A stretch of 64,000 bases of DNA from Callorhinchus milii. Taxonomy: Eukaryota. Below, one piece after another: positions 39,011 through 49,830 of the stretch; the first letter of the stretch is position 1; each line of letters opens with the position of its first letter. A program made the translations under genes and the position numbers. Location of the stretch: NCBI RefSeq assembly GCF_018977255.1, contig NW_024704742.1:46564001-46628000 (forward strand), in the 5' to 3' direction. Below the pieces are notes generated by a model. That model saw only the letters and a program-made list of their open reading frames with translations, searched no databases and was not told the DNA's origin.

Positions 39011-41400
39011 CCCTTAGCATCACTGCAAATGCATTTCTGCACTCATGTAAATTAAGATCATGTTCAAATAAGCAACCTAGTCAGGAACTGCAATTCCATT
39101 TTAGCATTAAAAAAACAGATTCAAGATTACAATCTTAATATATTCCCAGCATTCTACAAATTAAACTACAATTACTACAAGTTATCTTTGGTTGTCTACA
39201 GTTTTCTAATTTCACTTCCTAACATTCAGCAGTAAAATGCACAGATTAACAGGTTTATTGTCTCTGGCATTGCAAATTCACTCGATTTTTTTTGCTATTA
39301 CAAAGCTTTGCAATCTCATTGTATGACAGAATCTATTACGGTTTTAGAGCTGCAAAAGTCCTTCAAGAGCTGAAAGGTTAAGAAGAGTCGTCTTCATAAA
39401 TTTTGCATCCATGGTACTCAACAATATCTAAAAAGTCTTGGACTAATAGATTTGCATGCAAATGATATTCAAAGTTGAATTAATCAGATCGCAACTAAAT
39501 CATGTAGAAACCACCAATTAGGCTTCTATTCCTCTACTCGGCAACTAACCGAGATCAAGGACTCATTAAGTGGATGTTGAGATATTCCTTGTTTCGTCTC
39601 TCACTCAATAATTTTTTAATAAATATGGGCATTGTGCATGTTCCACAATATCCCATGAGCAACTATGGAATTGAATACGCAGTTTACTCCATCTGTGCAG
39701 ATGAAGAGAAATGAATGAAAAAACGTTCACAATGACAAGACGAGTGTTGGTGGATATATGTAATGATGCAATCCACAGTTCTCCATTGTACATTCGCCAT
39801 TTATGCGATTGAAATAAAAAAGGTAAACTTTTGCCTTTTAGGAGGAATTATATCCTATTTAAAACGTTGACTGTTATTCTTAGTTGCTGAAGGGGAACCC
39901 TCTGAAAAGTATTCTGAATTTTTGTACAATATAACTGGCAAACCTGTACAGGGTCAGTATATTGCCTCTTTTACCTAGTCCATTAATTCAATAGCTGCAG
40001 TGAACCAAGTGCTCTGATTTTAGAGATGTGAGAAGTGAGGCAGGATCTTAAATTCAGCAAATCAATAACACAGAACTCTACTGCACAGAAACTGGCTATT
40101 CCACCCAATTAGTCTGTGTCAGTGCTTATACTCCATATGAGCCCCATATTCCACATTTAGCACCTTGGGACATTCTCCCGAAGTGAAAGGTGGTATATAA
40201 ATGTAATCTGTCGTTGTTGTTGAGCCTCACCGCTATTATTATCCCTCCTTCCCTTCCCCCCGTTTATGTATAAAACTATCAAAGTATCCAGATCTTGTTT
40301 GACCCAACTGTCCAGCGCCTTGGGACGTCCTCCCGACGTGAAAGGCGCTCTATAAATGAAATCTTGTTGTTGTTTTTCAAAAAAAAACTTTCAATGTTCT
40401 GCTGCTCATGTAGTTCATGATCTGTGCTGGGGTATGGTTCCAGACGCCTGCAGACCTCCTGTTACTTGTTCAAGTGATCATTCTTCATATGTGAATCTTG
40501 ACAGAGAGCATCAGCTGGCCTCTCTATCTTGGCGAACATCACAGCCTGATCTTGTCCTTCCCAGGTGGTGTACTCATGCACTAAACTATCAGGAAGTGGA
40601 TTTTAATTGTTTAAATTTTTGTGCTCATCAAAATGATTTTTTNAAAACTCTGGGCTTTCAGTGCAGCAGTCGGCATGCAGCAAATCTGGTACAGATTTTA
40701 GTAAGAATGTAGAAGAAAGCCTTATTTATGTACTGATGAGATGTATACATATAAAATCTGTCCCTTTCTTGACAAATTATATAATAATTGGTCACAATTC
40801 CAGCACAATCAGTTCTCTCTTATGACCCAACATCGCGCCTTAACTCATCCTCAGAAAACTCATCCTAAGTCACCAATGTAGCATTTGTACTTGTTACATC
40901 TTGCAGTCTTTCGGAACAAGATTAGCAATTTAATGCCAAGTCGAGCTCCGGTAACTGTTGTGAGACACTCACATTCATTTCATGTCAACTGTTTCAGAGG
41001 AAGGAAAATCTGACGCCATCTCATTGGGTTGGATTCAATTCCAGTTTCAGGAAGAAAACTGGTTTAACTCGCCGTTCAACAGAAACCCTGTCGTTTTTGT
41101 TTTATTTAAAAATCAAGTCGCTGTGAAATTGTGAAGACAAAACAATCTGAAATATCTCAACTGAACTATTGAGGTTTGTAAGCTTCAGGTGCATGCAGTG
41201 GAATGACCAAATGCACATTTATAAACTGGATTTCCTCATACCATACTATCATTTTGCTCCAACCACTTGCCAGAGGATTTTGTGCATGAATGTTACTGGA
41301 AAATAAAACGCTGTGCAAAACCCTTATTCAGTATCAGACTGTTATGGAAGAGAAGCATTGGTATATGAGGTTTCTGCAATCAATTCTCTCTTTATCTTAC

Positions 41401-41518
41401 CAAGGTCTCCATTCTCGATTACTTCAAACGTAACCCAAACATCCTTCTTGTCACTGATAACGTTCTTCATTTCCAATACAGAATGGGTTAATTCCTCTGC
41501 TGTCATAGTCGGAGATAC
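41401..41518 (-). CDS. ARAP2: ARAP2 coding exon (RA domain): VSPTMTAEELTHSVLEMKNVISDKKDVWVTFEVIENGDL
   Basis: Matches recalled ISPVMEAEELT...WATFEVIENEEL. Acceptor catttag, donor gtaaga, 118 nt, phase 0->1. Confidence 0.95.
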
Positions 41519-41700
41519 CTAAATGTATTTTTTAAAAATCAGATAATTGTTATAAACTGCTCAAGTACTTTGAGGCATCATATAAACCTCGAAAAAACGT
41601 ATCTTCTCCTAAGTATTCTGCCTATATACACTTAGCCAGTTATGAGCTGGGACAATAGAAAAGTGTGGTCACAGCGTTTCCACAGAATCTGTTATAAACA

Positions 41701-41850
41701 GCGTTCTCTGCGACAAACCCACTAAACAATGTAGTTTCTGGCGCCCAGGACTCTCGCGCTGTTTACCCGCCGCTTCTGAGAGCTGGGCGGCTCTGGACGC
41801 GATGCAGCGCAAGCGGGAAATGGGCTTCGTTCCACTCGGAGGCCCTGCGA
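41701..41850. promoter_or_regulatory. CpG-rich promoter-like patch within an ARAP2 intron
   Basis: 15 CpGs in 150 bp against a CpG-depleted background. Motifs: GCGGGAAA (E2F-type), TCTCGCG, and ACTACA on the minus strand. Confidence 0.45.
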
Positions 41851-41852
41851 TT

Positions 41853-42237
41853 AGGAGTCCTGTAGCTCAGTGGTTAGAGCACTCGCCTCGCAAGCAAGAG
41901 ACTAGGGTTCGATTCCCGGCAGGGCGAAACCTTGGGCAAGTTTCCTTACTCCACATGCCTGTTAATAATCCCTCAAGAAAAAAAAACAGAAATAAAATCG
42001 GTCGCTTCAATCCGCAACTGTCTGTGGTGCAAAAACAGAAGTCGCTGAGAACAATCAATGGGTCAGGCAGCATCTATGGAGAAGGGAAAGTGAGTCAACG
42101 TTTCGGATCCACAACTCTTCATCAGAACAGGTCAGGAAGCATTCCATACAATATACAGTCAATTCACTTTACAGTATATTCTGGGAAGCGCTTTGAGACT
42201 CTAGAAGACATGAAAAGTGCTAGGATTATTATTTATT
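41853..42237 (+). mobile_element. tRNA-derived SINE (short subfamily) with nested Penelope-like fragment at about 42030-42130
   Basis: tRNA-like head with A box TAGCTCAGTGG and B box GGTTCGATTCC. The body is interrupted by aaaaacagaagtcgctg...aacgtttcgg...cttcatcagaac, then the SINE tail resumes. Confidence 0.9.
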
Positions 42238-42238
42238 G

Positions 42239-43060
42239 AGACTCTCTGTGTGTGTGTGTGTCTCTCTCTCTCTCTATGTGTTTGTGAGTGTCTCTATGTG
42301 AGTTTGTCTCTCTCCTCTGTATGAGTGTGAGCGTCTGTGTGAGTGTGTCTGTGTCTCTCCTCTGTATGTTTGTGTTTGTGGTTTATAAGTGTGTCCGTGT
42401 GTGTCTCTTCTATGTGTATGTGTTTGAGTGTCTCTGCATGAATGTGTCTCTCTCCTCCGTCTGTGTCTATGTCTCTTTGTGTCTATGAGTGTGTCTGTGT
42501 CTCTCCCTCTGAGAATGCGTGTCTCTCTGTGTCTGTGAGTATGTGTGTCTCTGTCAGTGTGTGTGTGTGTGTGTGTATGTCTCTGTGTCTGTGTGGATCT
42601 CTGTGTCTGTGAGTGTGTGTGTCTCTGTGAGTGTGTGTGTCTCTGTGTCTGTGAGTGTGTATGTCTCTGTGTCTGTGAGTGTGTGTGTCTCTGTGTCTGT
42701 GAGTGTGTGTGTCTCTTTGTGTGTGTGTCTCTCTCTGTGTCTGTGAGTGTGTGTGTCTCTGTGAGTGTGTGTGTCACTCTCTGTGTCTGTGAGTGTGTAT
42801 GTCTCTCTCTGTGTCTGTGAGTGTGTGTGTCTCTGTGAGTATGTGTGTCTCTGTGTCTGTGAGTGTGTGTGTCTCTCTCTGTGTCTGTGAGTGTGTGTGT
42901 GTCACTCTGTGTCTGTGTCTCTCTCGTGTCTGTGTCTCTCTCTGTGTCTGTGAGAGTGTGTCTCTCTCTGTGTCTGTGCGTGTCGCCTCTGTGTCTGAGT
43001 GTGTATCTGCGTGTGTGTGTTTCTGAGTATGCGTGTGTCTCTCTCTGGGTCTGTGTGTGG
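42239..43060. repeat. Complex (TG)/(TC) microsatellite-minisatellite, about 820 bp
   Basis: Recurring units such as ctctgtgtctgtgagtgtgtgtgt. Confidence 0.97.
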
Positions 43061-43547
43061 TGCTGAGCCCTGAGAGGCAGGAGGTGGTGAGCTCTTGCAG
43101 CCCCGCAGTTAGGACACTGATCCTGTCTGTTTTTTGGTGGATCTCCAGGCCCTTCTGACCTGCACTGGTTTACCCTCCAGCTCCCCCCCACCCCCACAAA
43201 TGGGCCACCCAGGTTTTGTTTAAAAAAATTTGTAACAATCTAATATGTGTTATTTCCTCATGTTTAGTTTTTATCAATAAAGTGAAAAAATGTAGGTTGT
43301 TAGTAAGATCTACCTCAATAGCACCAATCACCCGCCAACAACTATGGGCAAATTGTCCTGTAATTTTAGGCAAATATGTCCGCACTTTTCTATTGGCCTA
43401 GGTTATGAGTAACTGGTGACACCATTTGCTTCTTGGTCAACCGGGTATTGGACTTGCACAAAAATCCATCGCCACGCTTAAAAGTGTTAAAGTCAGACAG
43501 AATTGCACATACAAATTGGACATTTCTCTTGAGAGACACACACTTAC

Positions 43548-43622
43548 CCTCAACATGTAGCTGGAATCAGGCTCCTTCTTCTCTAGGTACACCTCAATAA
43601 TAAGGTCCACAGTCTGTGGAAT
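43548..43622 (-). CDS. ARAP2: ARAP2 coding exon (start of RA domain): IPQTVDLIIEVYLEKKEPDSSYMLR
   Basis: Matches recalled VSQAGDLLIEVYVERKEPDCSIIIR. Acceptor tttctattcag, donor gtaagt, 75 nt. Confidence 0.95.
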
Positions 43623-44748
43623 CTGAATAGAAATATCTATTAGCCACTACTTATTTATTCACTTCTTCATAGATGCTTGAAAAAGATGCTTTGTGAAAAG
43701 ACAAGTTAGAAGTTGATTACATTATTCGTTATTCATATTAAGATCTAATGTCAACAGTCAGTTACAGTACCTTTGCTCATCAGGCACACAAATAAGAATT
43801 TTGTTTCTTAAATAAATGGTTGAGAAAATATTCACGTCCTGCGTGAAATAAAACTAGCTGCCACTTAGCAGAGGAATTGAAATGAACTTGGCAATTGCAG
43901 TTTCACAACAGCAGTACAAATGAAACACCTTTTAAACCACTGCATTATACTTACTGGTGGACTCCAGATGTTGATCTCCATGATCAATGCACTCTACCAA
44001 AACAAGGTTATTTGATAACACTCTTATTTTATCAACTTCACATTATAGGATTGTTACCACCGCAGTTTTGATAATATCAATTAAAATCTGACAAGTTCAG
44101 TGTATTTGTAAATATTTTTAGTCTGCTCACTAAACTGCATTGCATGCGATTAAATTCAACCTGTTCCATCCAAAACCATCCAGCAAATTCCAAGTAGAAA
44201 TCATGAATATTCTTGCAATTTCTGGGTGAGAAAGGCATGAAGGATGCAATCCAAACAGTACCACCAGCTGGGCTGGCTAGTCAGTCCGTGAGCTTTAATG
44301 ATTCTGCTGCAAAATTCAGTCTCACTGTTGCTGCCTTTCAGCACTTCATTTACTGTATTCCTTAATTATTAAGCAAGCAGACACATTGACCGTCTCTCCC
44401 CCCCCCTCCCCTCATAATACTTGAACCATGACAATTTTTTTCAGCCCTTTTCATCCACTCATTTGCCTTTTTTGATTCATCTTCTAAGCTCACCACTGAA
44501 GTCATTTTCTTCTTTTCATTCCATCCTCCTCCCCTCAACTGAATTGTATTGATACCACAGTAATTTGGTCAAGTGCTTCTCTTTCCCTCGAATAGTTTCT
44601 TCCCCACAATCTTCTCACCTCTTCTCCCCTCCTTTCTAGAAGAAAGGCATTCATGCTGCAATATAGATCGAAATGCAAACAGCCCTTTGGCAACTCCGCC
44701 AAATAACCTTTAGGGATAAATTAGACAATAAGTAGCGGCAGGCTATCT

Positions 44749-44935
44749 TAATAATAACAATTCTTGCATTTGATATAGCGCCTTATCACGTCATTGAGAT
44801 GTCGCAAAGCGCTTCACAAAATATATTGTGAAGTGAATTGACTGTGTATTTTGTGGGCGAAACACGGCAGCCAATTGCGCACAGCAGTGTCCCTCAAACA
44901 CTCGTGGATTAAATGACTAAATTATTGTTTATTTA
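44749..44935 (-). mobile_element. SINE 3' half (similar fragments at about 33780, 45790, 49905, 51668, 55580, 58960, 61380)
   Basis: ttgcatttgatatagcgc...aagcgcttcaca...ggcagccaattgcgcacagcagtgtccc. Confidence 0.85.
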
Positions 44936-46016
44936 CTTTGAGCTTTATAATTATTTCCCTCTCATCCTCTCTTCCCCAATCTAGCTCAGTTTTTTCTTTC
45001 CTAAACACCTTCTAGCAAAGATTACTGGATGAGAAACCAGACAACTAAATTTTTTTTCCCTTCTCAGTCAAGCTGATTATAGCTGTGTTCAGCTAACTCA
45101 GGAATTGAATTAAGGACCTTTTCCATTGCTTACTTCACAAAAGTCAATGTAGCTTTGCTCCTTGTCTTTTCTCACTGCTAAATGCCCAAAGTGTGGAAAG
45201 AAAGCAAGAAGGGGCAAGAGAAGGTGAAAGAGAAAAAAACTGGGACGAGAAGCAATTCCACAAAATTAGAGCACTAAGGGCTGAGTGCAGAAAGAGCAAC
45301 AAGGGTTGAGAGCAGAAAGGGTAATAAGGGCTTACAGGAGAACAGCATTCTGCGTAAGGAGAGTAAGAAAGAAGAGAAATCTGTGTGGCCAAATACCAAT
45401 ACCATCCAAATACCAATGTTTCAAACCGGTATAATGCTTATATTTGCTAATACATTTCCCTGGTACATGCGTGCTCAGATGCAACAAAACAATTCGGTTA
45501 ATCTGGCAACTAGGAGAAGCCTAAGCATAACATTCGTCATTGTATCTAAAAACATCCCAACAATTCAGTATCAACACATACTACTTTGGAACACAAAGCT
45601 ATTCAGCCCAGCCAAGTGTACACCATAATGCTGACATGCATTGGTCCACAAATGGTCAGATTATACAAATATACATCTAACCAGTGCATAAATAAGCCTA
45701 TATTGTAAACTCACTAAAATCTATATTAATGATATGCTTTCAACATTGCTGCACATATGATAACTAAAGATCCATTAAATGAGACACTTAAATCATTCTT
45801 GTATTTGATATAGCGCTTATCGTGGTGTCAAGGTGTCTAAAAGCGCTTCACAGCATTTAATGTAAAGTGTAGTGATTGCGTGTTTTGTAACCAAACATGG
45901 CAGTCAATTTGACACAGCAATGTCCGACACCCAGACATGAAGTGAATGACTAATTTGGAAGAAAATAAAATGGAATACAATTTCAGATTGTAAACCAATA
46001 ATTAACATTTCCATAC

Positions 46017-46085
46017 CTGTGTATCTTTCCACGTCATTATATAGCTGTTTTCTATATCCATCTGTTTGACCTGGTCTTCATTAAC
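46017..46085 (-). CDS. ARAP2: ARAP2 coding exon: VNEDQVKQMDIENSYIMTWKDTQ
   Basis: Near-identical to recalled ARAP2 VKEDQVKQMDIENSFITKWKDTQ. Acceptor ggaatag, donor gtatgg, 69 nt, phase 0->0. Confidence 0.95.
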
Positions 46086-46549
46086 CTATTCCAAACACAG
46101 CACAGGAAAAATGAAACATTCCAATAACATTATGGTCACCTTAAGAGTACATCTAGGAAACACAAGGATTCTGCAACATTACACTCTCAGCCATTAATTC
46201 AAGAGATATACGGGTAAATCTCATTCTAACCACGTATCTTGCATTCAAGAGACACTTCAGTATAATAGGTCTGCAAAATATGTCTGTCAGCCCCACTTCC
46301 AGGTTGTCACACTGACATCACTTCCATTGCTGACTTACACGTGTGTGTGGCTCGCAAGAAGGCAGCCACTCAACTGTGACCATTCAACTCTGGCAATCGT
46401 TTGAAACCCTTGTGAGAGCAGTCACAGCCGACCGAGCCAATTCTGTTTTGAGCTTGTTGATTTATTATCCTCGTCTTGTATTTGATGACTTTTACAGGTG
46501 CAACAATTTAACCTGGAATACGGGCACGATGGCAATGAACAAATACTGT

Positions 46550-47036
46550 ACTGTGTACACACTGTAGTCCCGCTATAATACCCTTCACTATAGCATGAAA
46601 TCACTTAAAACAGAGTTCTGTGGATTCTGTGCACTGGGCATGTCCACTGTCAGCCCCTTTGTTTCCCACAGGCTGGCTTTTTGTGCTAAAATGTTTGATT
46701 TTTGGTTCAATTGTTCATTTTCAACATGAATTTTAGGTTCAACTGTGCATACGCAAAGCAGGAAGTGACACTGATGACATAATGGCCCAGGAGACAGACA
46801 TTTTAGCTTCTTGGACTAAAAATGGCTGACTTTGGCGTCACTTGCCACATTTTGCATGGACAGGAAACGAGAAGTGACACACCAGTCTGGCAGTCGGACA
46901 TTTGCTTCTATCTGGCTGGACTGCTCCCTGCAAGCTGTTCAGATGTGTGCATGTGTAGTAAAACCAGCTACCAATATAACATGAGAATGGGATTTTATGG
47001 ATTCTCAACACCATGTTATAACTAAGGCTGACTGTA
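46550..47036. mobile_element. Degraded Tigger/pogo-like non-autonomous DNA element
   Basis: Left end ctgtagtcccgctataata and right end tgttataactaaggctgactgta resemble CAGT...TATAAC pogo-type TIRs. Internal GGAAGTGAC repeats are present. Confidence 0.4.
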
Positions 47037-48179
47037 GTTCATAAAGCATCCAGGGACCCTATCCGTGAGAGGGAGGCATCAAGCCACGCTTACCGGATAA
47101 CCCACAAGCGCATTCCAAACTGTGAATAAACGTGTGTATAACCATGTAAATGTACTGAGGGGCACTCGAGATGTAAACAAACAGCATCCTGAAAATATAT
47201 GTATGTCTGCCTGCCTCCCCCCATAAAAGGGGGAGTGGCAAGGAGCGAGGTAAAGGCTCACCATCCTGTAAAATGACAGCAGAGCCGAGACGAGCCCACC
47301 AGTGTAACTGCTCCCTGTAGAAAAGGGGAACAGAACCCCGGCAGGGATGCTGCAGTGACAGGGTTGGGACAGGTTGGGTATATAACATATGGGTTTGTAT
47401 TTGCAAGATTTCCAGGTGTGGGTTTGGGTAAACATGTGCACATCAAGGGTGCCATCCAAAAGCGACAAGTGTGCCTTATTAGGGTATGCGCGGGCACGCA
47501 CATGGATGTGGTGCACCCAGGGGAGATTCCTGACTGTCTTAAAGGGAGCGTCCCCCAAAAAAGTGCGCACAACCTGTGTGTTGTGAACACGTCCACTAAG
47601 AGGGGAGGGATAGGGAGAGGGGTACAAGACCCAATTTGTAACGGGCCTTGCAAAGGGTGGCAGAACCCCAAGGCGGGGTAGCCTTGGTCCCTTCTCCAAA
47701 GTTGAGTGCACAGAGGCAAAAACACCCTCCCCCGCCACAAGGGGCCAAGTCCGTTGTGTCCTCCTGTAACAGGATAATAACATGTTTTGTTTTGTTTTCT
47801 GTAACGTGTTTGATACTATCTGAGACAAGCGTAAATATATATCAACAAATAAATATATATAAATATTTTGCTCAAAAAAACGTTTTGCCACGTGATAGAT
47901 CTAAAACATAATAGTTACAAATTCTTGAGTTTGATAGTTTTTTTAAGTACTAATGCAACAGGAAACATGTGCATGATTGCAATAAATACTGTACATACAG
48001 TAGTGTTATCATAGTAGTTTTAGTCTTTTTTATAGTTTTAGTAGTGGATGTAGTCACGATTCACTAGTGAGGTCAATTCACTAATGTGGTCAAAATTCCT
48101 CAGTCCTTGTCAGTGAATTTCCCTTTCTTTTATAGCCCAAATGTATTACATGCTTTCTTGCATAGATACAAAATATGTA

Positions 48180-48830
48180 CTAGTTTTGCTGTATTAATCG
48201 TGACTGTAAGGTTTCTGTCTCAAAAGCATTTGGTGATAGATAGATCCTTAAAACGACTCAGTTACATTGGACACCATGATCAAGCCTTCACTGTCAATGC
48301 AAAACTGAGTTTCAGTGCTGATCGGCATCCACATACTTTTCTTTGCAAACATTGAAAATCAGGTTTAAAAAGTTTGTTTTTCACCAGTTTCAGCACATCT
48401 CCTGTGAAGCTTGAAACAGTGCAATGCTGCCTCCTGCAGTTTGCTGCTGGAAATCACATTAGCATGTAGTGTGAACTGGACCACAAATCACTTAATTTTT
48501 TTTTAATCAGGCTAACCTGCTGAAAATCTCCAACCACATAAACCTGTGAATGGCCACTCTATTTTTATCCAAAAAAATCCTGCTACCTTGCTGAATCCAA
48601 AGCTGTTACAGATCACAAAACAAATGATCTTGCCTCATCTCCATCAAAATCTCTTTCATTCACTTTCCCAAATAGCAGTCTGTGACTTGATTTGTATTTG
48701 ATGCATTGTTTTGAGTGCTTTGGCAGATGATCAGTGTAACCTCTTACACACTGTACCAAAAGATGGCATCTCAGAAGACCCCATTTCCTGTTCCAGGCTG
48801 ACCTTCTTTAAGGACAAAACAATGGTGCAT
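48180..48830 (-). pseudogene. Fossil PIF1-family (SF1B) helicase ORF, probably transposon-derived
   Basis: Ordered motifs across frameshifts: GQPGTG (48783-48803), DE (about 48635), PFTG..VVGDFQQ (48517-48553), LKLSFALTV (48289-48315), AFE..LTVTINTAK (48184-48231). Confidence 0.6.
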
Positions 48831-49084
48831 TATCCTTCAAAGACACACTCTTCCTTAGACTTTAAGATATCATTCTGCCCATTAATTACAAACCAATGTT
48901 CCAGCTTTAACTGTTTAAGTCTTGAGAAGCTAATTCAAATCCACAAATTCGATTTTTATAATGGTTCTGAATGGTTTTACAACACAATTTACATTTATAT
49001 AGCACCTTTCACATCAGGAGGGCATCTCAAAGTCCTTGACAAAGCTGAGCACTTAGAGTTCTGACAATACCAACAACAATTTTT

Positions 49085-49830
49085 CTCTCCCACACCAAGC
49101 TCTGTGAGCTGATCATCCCCATCTTCGCCCGGCTTTACTGGCTCCCCATCCCCCAGAGAATCGAGTTTAAGATCGCCGTTCTCACTTTCAAAGCCCTCCA
49201 CGGTCTTGCTCCTCCCTACCTCTGCAATCTACTAACACCTTACCAACCTTCCTGCTCCCTCCGTTTGGCGGGCACTAGTCTGCTCCATGTCCCCCGCCCT
49301 GCTAACCCACCATCGACGATTGAGCCTTCAGCCTTTCTGCCCCCATCCTCTTGAACTCCATCCCTTCACCTCGCCCCCCAGTGGTGGGATTGGATGCCGA
49401 GCAGGGGAGGCGAACTGTCTGTCTATAGGCATGATTAAAGAAATAGGAAATAGATGGGTTTTAAAGGTAGATAGAGGCAAGGTCAAAGGATTGAGCCAGG
49501 GAGATTAAGTGCGTAGTATCCACTAAATGTGTGCTGAGAGGTCAGGGCATATATCAGGCTTGTTCCAAGTGAGCGCAGGGCAGAGCTTTTTCTTGCCAGA
49601 ATGTGGGGTGTGAGCAGGTCAGAGAGGAGGTGCTAGGGCATGAAAGGATTTGCATGTGAGCATGAGGATCTTGAAATTAATCCTTTCAGATACAGGGAGC
49701 CAGTGAAGCCTGGTGAAAATTGGGTGATGAGCATGCAGAGTTTAGTACAGGTGAGGTTATGTGCGACAGAGTTTGGGTTGAACTGGATCTTGTGGATGGC
49801 AGAACTGAAGATACCAGAGAAGAAGGTTTG
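49085..49830. mobile_element. Two L2 fragments: plus strand 49085-49380 and minus strand 49430-49830
   Basis: Both carry HWLP..RI.FKI...KALH/KSFH motifs, in opposite orientations. Confidence 0.8.

Noticed and set aside
41855..41927. Possible tRNA-Ala(CGC) gene
   Set aside because: It continues directly into a SINE body found in several copies, has mismatches in the anticodon and T stems, and has no oligo-T terminator. It is a SINE head.
42274..43197. 307-aa ORF and several overlapping ORFs
   Set aside because: Artefacts of the TG/TC microsatellite, giving H/T/R/D or V/C/S low-complexity translations.
47079..47891. 270-aa minus-strand ORF as a novel gene
   Set aside because: No domain or plausible protein composition. 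Several frames are open because the segment is GC-richer.
48061..48070. CTAG palindrome as a Helitron 3' terminus for the helicase fossil
   Set aside because: No GC-rich subterminal hairpin at the expected distance.
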